A stretch of 13,636 nucleotides of DNA from the NCBI GenBank assembly GCA_013375475.1, contig JABXKD010000089.1, positions 1-13,636 of the forward strand, given 5' to 3'. Within the stretch, counting starts at the first letter, position 1, and each line of letters begins with the position of its first letter. Below, piece after piece: positions 6,092 to 13,636 of this stretch. Made by a program: the position numbers and the translations under genes. The DNA comes from Promethearchaeota archaeon. Its GTDB lineage: Archaea; Asgardarchaeota; Lokiarchaeia; Sigyniarchaeales; SOKP01. Under the pieces are notes generated by a model that did not search any database, was not told the DNA's origin, and was given only the letters and a program-made list of their open reading frames with translations.

Positions 6092-8098
6092 TTACTCGTC
6101 GGATTCTTCCCAATCTACGTCCACGACGCGTTTTTTGTCCTTATCCTTTTTATCTTTGTCTTTTTTATATGATGCTCCCCCAGCACCCGCACCCCCCATA
6201 TCACCAGGTGGTGCTCCTCCCATTCCTCCAGGAGGCATACCTCCCATTCCACTTGCGGCTTGTTGGGCTTGTTGAGCTGCTTGTTGATAGGATTGGTCTT
6301 GTGCTTGTTGCGAATAAATTCTTTCGGAAAAAGTATGCATAGACTTCTGTAGGTTTTCAATACCTAATTTAATTCTCTGGAGATCGTCTGTTTTAATATC
6401 ATCTTCAAGAGATTTAAGAGCTGCTTCTATCGCAGTTTTCTCATCTTCTTCGATTTTATCTTTGTTATCTTCCATTAATTTCTTGGTTTGGTAGATCATC
6501 GAGTCCGCGTTATTTTTAGCTTCGATTAATTCCTTGATTTTTTTATCCTCTTCTTCAAATTGCTCGGCGTTTCTTACCTTTTCTTCGATTTCTTCAGGAG
6601 TTAAGCCTTTTGCACCCGTAACTGTAATACCTGTTTCTTTACCCGTCCCTAAATCTTTTGCCGTGACGTGAACAATCCCGTCTGCATCGATAGAGAATTT
6701 GACTTCTATTTGGGGAATTCCTCGCGGTGCAGGTGGTATTCCTGTTAAGTGAAACATGCCTAAGGGTATATTATCTTTTGCCATAGCTCTCTCTCCTTGT
6801 AGTACATTAATCGTGACAGCTGGTTGGTTATCAGCAGCAGTGCTAAAAATTTGTTGTTTCTCTGTTGGGATGGTCGTATTTCTCTCAATTAGTTTAGTAA
6901 AAACTCCTCCTAAGGTTTCAACACCTAAAGAAAGAGGTGTGACATCTAATAAAAGAAGATCATCAACGTCACCTGCTATTATTCCTCCTTGAATTGCAGC
7001 TCCAATAGCAACACATTCCATAGGATCAACTGAATGTTCCGGTTCTTTGCCAAAGAAGTCTTTAAATCTCTTCTGAACAGAAGGCATCCTTGTTGGACCA
7101 CCAACTAAAATAACTTTGTCTACGCTACTTGCCGGCATCTTAGCATCGGAAATAGCTCTCTTCATGATTGGATCCAGTCTTCTTAAAGTTGGTTCAATTA
7201 GTTGTTCTAATTTCGCTCTTGTTAATTCAACCTCAATATGGACGGGATTTCCGTCTTTTTGAGTAATATAAGGTAAATTAATTTGAGTGGTTAGAGCTGT
7301 AGATAATTCAATTTTTGCTTTCTCACCAGCATCTTTAATTCTTATCATAGCTTTACTGTCTCCCTTAAGATCGATCCCCTCTTTCTTTTGAAAGTTACCA
7401 GTGACCCAATCTATAATCGCGTTATCCATGTCTGTCCCACCCAGTTGAGTATCTCCCGCAGTTGACAAAACCTCAACTACACCCTCTCCGTACTCCATAA
7501 TAGTGATATCGAAGGTTCCACCTCCTAAGTCTAAAACGCAAATCTTTAACAGTTTATTTTTTGTATCTTTATCGAGACCGTATGCTAGACAAGCCGCTGT
7601 AGGTTCGTTTATCATTCGTACCACTTCAAGCCCAGCGATCTCACCAGCGTTCTTAGTAGCTGTTCTTTGAGCGTCATTAAAGTAAGCAGGAACAGTTATA
7701 ACTGCTTTTTTAACTTCTTGACCAAGATAAGCACTTGCATCGTTTTTAATTTTTTTTAGAATCATTGCGCTAATCTCCTCGGGTGAGAATTCTTGCCACT
7801 CTTTTCCTACTTTTATTTTAGCTTTATACGATAAGCCCATTTTACGCTTAATTGCTGTAACTGTCCCATCGGGATTAGATACTGCTTGCCTTCTAGCCGG
7901 TTCACCTACGATTTTTCTACCACTTTCATCAAATGCTACATACGAAGGAAATGCCTTGCCCCCTAAGGTTCGTCCTTCGGCGGCAGGAACAATTTCTGGT
8001 TGACCCGTACCGCTTAAAACCGCGCACGCGCTATTAGATGTCCCTAAATCGATTCCAATAATCTTTTCTTTTTTCTTTGGTTTACTTTCTTCACTCAT
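6092..8098 (-). CDS. dnaK: Molecular chaperone DnaK (Hsp70), archaeal type
   Basis: [48 protein letters not shown], linker [30 protein letters not shown]. Has the [10 protein letters not shown] variant and lacks the ~24-aa subdomain IB insertion, as in archaeal/Gram-positive DnaK. Confidence 0.99.
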   Translation of the reverse strand: MSEESKPKKKEKIIGIDLGTSNSACAVLSGTGQPEIVPAAEGRTLGGKAFPSYVAFDESGRKIVGEPARRQAVSNPDGTVTAIKRKMGLSYKAKIKVGKEWQEFSPEEISAMILKKIKNDASAYLGQEVKKAVITVPAYFNDAQRTATKNAGEIAGLEVVRMINEPTAACLAYGLDKDTKNKLLKICVLDLGGGTFDITIMEYGEGVVEVLSTAGDTQLGGTDMDNAIIDWVTGNFQKKEGIDLKGDSKAMIRIKDAGEKAKIELSTALTTQINLPYITQKDGNPVHIEVELTRAKLEQLIEPTLRRLDPIMKRAISDAKMPASSVDKVILVGGPTRMPSVQKRFKDFFGKEPEHSVDPMECVAIGAAIQGGIIAGDVDDLLLLDVTPLSLGVETLGGVFTKLIERNTTIPTEKQQIFSTAADNQPAVTINVLQGERAMAKDNIPLGMFHLTGIPPAPRGIPQIEVKFSIDADGIVHVTAKDLGTGKETGITVTGAKGLTPEEIEEKVRNAEQFEEEDKKIKELIEAKNNADSMIYQTKKLMEDNKDKIEEDEKTAIEAALKSLEDDIKTDDLQRIKLGIENLQKSMHTFSERIYSQQAQDQSYQQAAQQAQQAASGMGGMPPGGMGGAPPGDMGGAGAGGASYKKDKDKKDKDKKRVVDVDWEESDE

Positions 8099-8329
8099 AA
8101 TAAATAATCACTAACTTTATTTGATTAAGCTAATTTTTTCTCAGTTTATTCTATTATGATTATAATTTATCTTTAAAATTAAATTTTTCTTATAATGATC
8201 TATAAATCACGAAAAATGATAAAAATTTTATTTTATTATAGTTTATTAAAATTACCCTAACGAGTTAAAATTAACAATTTTTAGGAATCGATTGAAATCG
8301 TATTTTAATTAAATCTTATAGAATTTGTA
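8099..8329. promoter_or_regulatory. Divergent promoter region for dnaK(-dnaJ) and grpE
   Basis: 231-bp very AT-rich spacer between head-to-head start codons, with several TATA-like words and short inverted repeats (8190-8205, 8258-8267, 8289-8300). Exact elements cannot be assigned. Confidence 0.6.
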
Positions 8330-9160
8330 ATGTCTGCGAAAATGACTCGAAAAAAAAAGGATAAAGAAAAAATGAACGACGAATCGACAAATAAAGATGA
8401 AGCGGAATCGTTTAACGAAGAAATTCCGGTAATTAAGGATGGAGAATCACAGGATTCTAAAGAGGGAGAGGAAAAGCAAGATGTTAAGCTTTTAAGTGGC
8501 GAAGAACAAAAAGTACTTGAATACCATGATCTTGATGATTTAATCTTGAAATATGATAAACTTAAAGAAAGCAACAAAAAAGACAAAGAACTCCTCTTAA
8601 AGCATCAAAAAGAAAGTGAAAGCTGGAAAAACAAACATATGAGGCTTCAAGCCGAATTTGAAAACGCTCAAAAACGCTGGAACAAAAATCAGCAAAACTT
8701 AAGAAAGGAATACATAGCCTACACTTTAAAGTCTTTCCTTCCTTTGTACGATTCCTTTAAGAAAGCTTTGGAGGGCGATGATGAAAATAAAGTCATTCTA
8801 AAGCAATTCTGTGACCAGTTTATTGGTATTTTAAAGTTTCATAAAGCAGAAACTATCGATGTTAAACTTAACGATCTCTTTGATTATTCTATCCACGAAG
8901 CGTTGAGTTCTATAGAAAGAGATGATCTTCCAAATAATTCGATTATTGAAATCATTCAAGATGGTTGGAAAATGGATAAGGATATACTTAGATTTTCTAA
9001 AGTGATTATTTCTCGCGAACCCGCACCTCCTGAGCCTGAGCCAGTACCAGAACCAGAGGAAGAAATAAAAGAAGTAAACAGCGAAAGCGAAGAAAATCTA
9101 AAAGAAGAAACAGGGGAAGCTGAAAAAAAACCATCAGAAACTGAAGAGAAGAATCAGTAG
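8330..9160 (+). CDS. grpE: Nucleotide exchange factor GrpE with acidic N- and C-terminal extensions
   Basis: RLQAEFENAQKR, FLPLYDSFKKAL, FDYSIHEAL, IIEIIQDGWKMDKDILRFSKVII match GrpE motifs (RxxAEFENxRKR, LLPVxDxxERAL, FDPxxHEA, GY...R.A.V); adjacent to dnaK. The start could also be ATG 8342 or 8372. Confidence 0.93.
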   Translation: MSAKMTRKKKDKEKMNDESTNKDEAESFNEEIPVIKDGESQDSKEGEEKQDVKLLSGEEQKVLEYHDLDDLILKYDKLKESNKKDKELLLKHQKESESWKNKHMRLQAEFENAQKRWNKNQQNLRKEYIAYTLKSFLPLYDSFKKALEGDDENKVILKQFCDQFIGILKFHKAETIDVKLNDLFDYSIHEALSSIERDDLPNNSIIEIIQDGWKMDKDILRFSKVIISREPAPPEPEPVPEPEEEIKEVNSESEENLKEETGEAEKKPSETEEKNQ

Positions 9161-9343
9161 AAATTTCAAATTCTTAGGAATTTATCCTCTCAAATCTTTT
9201 CTTATTTGCTCTAAGCAATCTCTTATAAATTCAATACTTATAGTGAAATTGTATTATGATTTATAATAACAACTTTTTATTACTTGAATTTTGTTTCGTA
9301 ACCTTAGTATAAACAGAAAGATATCAAATCGAAGAGAAACGTA

Positions 9344-10204
9344 ATGTCAAAAATAAGAGAAGTAAAAGTAACACTTAAAAGCAGAGCAACAATGGAAGGA
9401 GCGGGTGTTAGGTTGAAGCGAGCATTCGGATATGCTGATCCTTCGTTAGATCCTTTTTTACTTTTAGATGATTTTCATTCAGATGATCCCAGGGATTATT
9501 TAGCTGGATTTCCGTGGCATCCTCATCGAGGAATAGAAACAATTACTTATATGCTTCATGGTCAAGTAGAACATGGAGACAGTATGGACAATCGGGGCGT
9601 TATAGGGGCTGGTGATGTTCAGTGGATGACCGCAGGGAGTGGTATAATCCATCAAGAGATGCCTAAAAAAAATCCTAATGACCCCGTTTTAGCTGGCTTT
9701 CAGTTGTGGGCAAATCTTCCAGCGTCTCACAAAATGATGAATCCACGCTACCGAGATATTACCCAAGAACAGATTCCCGAAGTTATCGTAAATGACAGCG
9801 TGAGAGTTAAAATCATTTGTGGCGAAGTAAATGGTGTCAACGGACCCGTACAAGATATCGTAACCGATCCAGAATATTTAGATGTTTTTATAGAGCCAAA
9901 TTCTGAATTCAAACACACAGTAGATAATACTCTTAATGTTTTTGCATATGTTATCGAAGGTGAAGGGATCTTTGATCCAACCAAGGATGAAATTGTTGGT
10001 ACAGAGCACCTTGTAATCTTTAGGCAAGGAGATGAAGTTTTAATACAAACCAAAGATAAAGCCGTTAGATTTCTTTTAATTTCTGGTAAACCAATAGGAG
10101 AACCTGTTGCCTGGAGCGGTCCGATTGTAATGAATACTGAAGAAGAATTAAGAATAGCTTTTAATGAATACAATAAAGGTACTTTTATTAAACATAGCAA
10201 ATAA
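9344..10204 (+). CDS. Pirin family protein (bicupin, metal-binding)
   Basis: EGAGV, DPFLLLD, GFPWHPHRGIETITY, GDVQWMTAGSGIIHQE, QLWANLP, GPIVMNT; the three His plus Glu metal ligands are intact. Confidence 0.97.
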   Translation: MSKIREVKVTLKSRATMEGAGVRLKRAFGYADPSLDPFLLLDDFHSDDPRDYLAGFPWHPHRGIETITYMLHGQVEHGDSMDNRGVIGAGDVQWMTAGSGIIHQEMPKKNPNDPVLAGFQLWANLPASHKMMNPRYRDITQEQIPEVIVNDSVRVKIICGEVNGVNGPVQDIVTDPEYLDVFIEPNSEFKHTVDNTLNVFAYVIEGEGIFDPTKDEIVGTEHLVIFRQGDEVLIQTKDKAVRFLLISGKPIGEPVAWSGPIVMNTEEELRIAFNEYNKGTFIKHSK

Positions 10205-10227
10205 AAGAATAAAAAAATAAAAAGAAG
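10205..10227 (-). terminator. Putative oligo-T archaeal terminator for the acyl-CoA dehydrogenase gene
   Basis: The 23-bp gap between convergent genes reads CTTCTTTTTATTTTTTTATTCTT on the minus strand, immediately after the stop codon. Confidence 0.5.
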
Positions 10228-11484
10228 TTATAATAATCTCATAAATCTCTGAATTTGAGATTGAATGAGGAGTAATTGGATATTACGTGCCCCGCCTATA
10301 ACCTCCTCAATTTTACTTACGTCACTTAGCTCATCTACAGGGGTGTTATCCGTTACACTGATTCCACCCATAAGCTGTTGAACTTCATAGCAAATTTCGT
10401 GTGTCAGCTTTGCCGTATAATATTTACCTTGGGATGAAATACCTGCGGCCCATTTTTCTGCTTCTTTTGAAGGTTTGTCAGCAAAAAGGATCTTCTCATC
10501 GTAAATTGTTGCGGCTTGTAAAGCTAAACTAGTAGCAGCTGTAGATTTAGTTAGCAAATCAGCTAATCCATAGCCAACACCTTGATACCTAATTACTGGT
10601 TTGCCAAATTGTTTCCTAAGATTAGTATAAATAATTCCGTATATTAAACCTGACCAACAAATTCCAATACCAGAACCCATAATCCCTAAACGCTCAGGAA
10701 CCAATCCTTCAAACAATCTCACATACCCTTGTCCATCATCAGCCAAGATATAATCCTTAGGAATCCTAGTATTTTCCAGAAAAGTGTGTGCAATGTGTAC
10801 TCGCGGAACCGAGTTAATTTTCAATCTTTCAGTTCTTACGCCAAATTCGCGTTTTATCATTGCTTGTACCATAGTATCACGCGGATTGTCTGTATCATAT
10901 ACCCCATATGTACAGAAGTAATCCGCTTTCGGCCCATTGGTTGTATATACTTTTTCCCCGTTATACGTCACAAATTCTCCATCTTTTGTTGCAACGGTCG
11001 TCATATTTACCGCATCAGAGCCTCTTTCAGGTTCAGTAATTCCTATACATCCAATTTTTTGTCCAGAAATTAATTCGTCTTGAACTTTTTGGATAGTCTC
11101 ACCGGTTCCTCCGTGTTCGTAATAGTGAAAGGTTGGATTACCGCATAAAATTCCACTGGCTAATCTTGCTAATTCTAATTGGGGATCTAATAGCGATAAG
11201 TGGGTACCCATCAATATTTCTTTTTTCATCCCATATGGAGTGAAATCTTTCCATTTATTGATTCGCTGCATATAACCATGCTTTCCTAGTTCTGGGAATA
11301 ATACATAAACATCTTTAGATTTATCGATTTTAGGATCAAGCTCTAAACAAAATTCTTGGAGTTCGTTGCAATAATCTTTTTCCTCGTTATTTAGCATCGG
11401 GAATATATTGTCGTTAAAAATCTTGAAAACATTCTCTAAAGTAATCTTTTCCAGAATTTCATCCTTTATTATTTTTTCTTGCAT
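10228..11484 (-). CDS. Acyl-CoA dehydrogenase family protein
   Basis: GCIGITEPERGSDA, YNGEKVYTTNG, RKQFGKPV..YQGV, VQQLMGG, EVIGGARNIQ: FAD- and CoA-binding signatures of ACADs. Confidence 0.95.
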   Translation of the reverse strand: MQEKIIKDEILEKITLENVFKIFNDNIFPMLNNEEKDYCNELQEFCLELDPKIDKSKDVYVLFPELGKHGYMQRINKWKDFTPYGMKKEILMGTHLSLLDPQLELARLASGILCGNPTFHYYEHGGTGETIQKVQDELISGQKIGCIGITEPERGSDAVNMTTVATKDGEFVTYNGEKVYTTNGPKADYFCTYGVYDTDNPRDTMVQAMIKREFGVRTERLKINSVPRVHIAHTFLENTRIPKDYILADDGQGYVRLFEGLVPERLGIMGSGIGICWSGLIYGIIYTNLRKQFGKPVIRYQGVGYGLADLLTKSTAATSLALQAATIYDEKILFADKPSKEAEKWAAGISSQGKYYTAKLTHEICYEVQQLMGGISVTDNTPVDELSDVSKIEEVIGGARNIQLLLIQSQIQRFMRLL

Positions 11485-11607
11485 TATAATCTCTTTAAGA
11501 AACTAGTTAATTGAATTTAATAATTAGAATATTTGATTCTAATTAAATTTTAAAAAGAAATTAATTTCAACAAAGTTTCTAAATATAACATCATTTACCA
11601 ACTTTAA

Positions 11608-12879
11608 ATGGGACTTGTAAAAGGATATCAAAGGAAAGTAAATCAACAGTTTTCCATTCATATAGCTGAAAATAATAAGAAAGAAGAATTACAGCAAATT
11701 TTAGAATTAAATGTTAACGTGCATGGTGAATCAGTAAGAGATTATATCAATCACATAGTTATAAATCATCCAAGGAAAGAAGACGTACTATTTCTATATA
11801 TAAAAGATTCTAATTCAAATAAAATTGTCTCTAGCATTAGTTTAATGCCTTTAGAATGGAGATTTGGGAGTACTACAATTCCAGTGTGCGAAATGGGATT
11901 TGTTGGGACATTAGAAAAATATCGTGGAAAAGGATTAATTGTTGAGTTAAATAACCTTTATGAACGAATAATGGCTGAAACAGGATACATTATTTCTGTT
12001 ATAAGAGGTATTCCTTATTACTATCGAAAATTAGGTTATGAATTTGCGATCCCTCTCGATCATAGAATGTTATTATCATTGTCAAAGATCCCCTTAGAGG
12101 ATTTGAATTTTTTAGAGATTAGAAAAGCAAATTCAGATGACATTAATTTTATTGCAAATAATTATAACAAATTTTACGATAATTACTTTATCTCAAATGT
12201 TTTGGATAGGGATTGCTACATTTCTAAATTCTTTAATGACTATTTTAATGAATTTAAAGCTTCAACATATATAATTGAAACGGGTGGAAAATCGATAGCA
12301 TATTTCACATTTGGAAAAACTTATGAAAATTTAGGATATGATATTAAAACATTGCATATAAATCGCGAATGTAGTATAAAAATACTTCAATTTACTAAAG
12401 AAATCGCGCGTATTGAAAATCCAGATAAAGTTGACTTAGCGGTTAGGGAGGATACAGATTTAGCAGAACTCATTTGTGAACTCGGAGGAGTAACGTATGA
12501 TAGTTATGGTTGGCAGGTAAAGATTCCAAATTTAAAAGTTTATTTCAAAAAAATAAAACCAATATTAGAAGATAGAATTCATAACTCAGATTTTAAAGGT
12601 TTGACTCAAGACTTAATAATAAGTAATTACACAACAAGCTATATCTTATCTTTTAATAATGGGCAGATTTGTGATATTAAAATGGAAAAAGGATATCCAA
12701 CGGAAATATCTTGTGATCTTAAATTACCGGGATCGACTTTGTTCAAATTAATCTTGGGAGACAGGAGTTTTAAAGAGTTAAAACATATTATCAAAGATGC
12801 TTTAGTAAAACATGAATCTCGAGAATTAATTGATGTTTTATTTCCTAAAGAAAATTCCTATTCTGATACTTATTATTAA
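11608..12879 (+). CDS. GNAT family N-acetyltransferase, Eis-like architecture
   Basis: Acetyl-CoA motif A VGTLEKYRGKGL and motif B YYYRKLGYE. Its 423-aa length and C-terminal CDLKLPGSTLFKLILGDRSFKEL...LIDVLFP resemble the SCP2-like end of Eis-family proteins. Confidence 0.88.
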   Translation: MGLVKGYQRKVNQQFSIHIAENNKKEELQQILELNVNVHGESVRDYINHIVINHPRKEDVLFLYIKDSNSNKIVSSISLMPLEWRFGSTTIPVCEMGFVGTLEKYRGKGLIVELNNLYERIMAETGYIISVIRGIPYYYRKLGYEFAIPLDHRMLLSLSKIPLEDLNFLEIRKANSDDINFIANNYNKFYDNYFISNVLDRDCYISKFFNDYFNEFKASTYIIETGGKSIAYFTFGKTYENLGYDIKTLHINRECSIKILQFTKEIARIENPDKVDLAVREDTDLAELICELGGVTYDSYGWQVKIPNLKVYFKKIKPILEDRIHNSDFKGLTQDLIISNYTTSYILSFNNGQICDIKMEKGYPTEISCDLKLPGSTLFKLILGDRSFKELKHIIKDALVKHESRELIDVLFPKENSYSDTYY

Positions 12880-12912
12880 AGGAACTGTTTGATAATATCT
12901 ACTATATGAGAG

Positions 12913-12933
12913 TGATTCTTATATAATAAATCA
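12913..12933 (+). promoter_or_regulatory. Candidate katG TATA box (TTATATAA, 12919-12926) flanked by TGATT/AATCA inverted repeat
   Basis: TGATT-CTTATATAATA-AATCA in the spacer upstream of katG; an alternative TATA-like TATATATA lies at 12945-12952. Confidence 0.3.
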
Positions 12934-13027
12934 TTAAGCATTCATATATATACTAGGCATTCTTGTATAGATAATGCAACAAAAAGTTGGTTAATAATGC
13001 AAAAAGAGGAAGAAAATGCAAAGTTAA

Positions 13028-13636
<609 letters not shown>

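Noticed and set aside
6092-6125. Eukaryotic EEVD motif at the DnaK C-terminus
   Set aside because: The protein ends WEESDE, closer to the prokaryotic DAEFEE-type motif, and the core is archaeal DnaK.
5157-6992. ORFs 5157-5378, 5494-5697, 6063-6275, 6082-6342, 6115-6360 and 6756-6992
   Set aside because: Antisense or alternative-frame overlaps of well-supported dnaJ and dnaK.
8099-8329. CIRCE (TTAGCACTC-N9-GAGTGCTAA) or Archaeoglobus HSR1-type CTAAC-N5-GTTAG operator
   Set aside because: No CIRCE present; CTAACGAGTTA has the wrong spacer and an imperfect arm.
9168-9183. Hairpin AAATTC-TTAG-GAATTT after grpE as a terminator
   Set aside because: Six-bp AT-rich stem, expected by chance and too weak to call.
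8305-11073. ORFs 8305-8586, 9748-10200 and 10729-11073
   Set aside because: Antisense shadows of grpE, pirin and the acyl-CoA dehydrogenase.

Overview
AT-rich archaeal window, most consistent with an Asgard archaeon (Lokiarchaeia-like). This is inferred from the archaeal-type DnaK (GIDLGTSNS...[10 protein letters not shown]), TATA-like promoters, near absence of Shine-Dalgarno motifs and ESCRT-like domains. Left part (1-4760): two tandem paralogous genes share an ~410-aa helical C-terminal region that by eye resembles a Bro1/ALIX domain followed by a Vps23/TSG101 steadiness-box-like hairpin. The second paralogue has N-terminal RadA-type helix-hairpin-helix repeats and overlaps (GTGA) a small gene for a two-TM protein with a winged-helix-like tail. 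Together these form a candidate DNA-membrane-ESCRT adaptor module, the main lead here. Middle: dnaJ and dnaK (minus strand) with grpE transcribed divergently. Right: pirin, an acyl-CoA dehydrogenase, an Eis-like GNAT acetyltransferase, and the 5' part of a GC-rich catalase-peroxidase gene katG that the ORF track missed. Domain calls are by-eye comparisons with family patterns recalled from memory; no database search was run.
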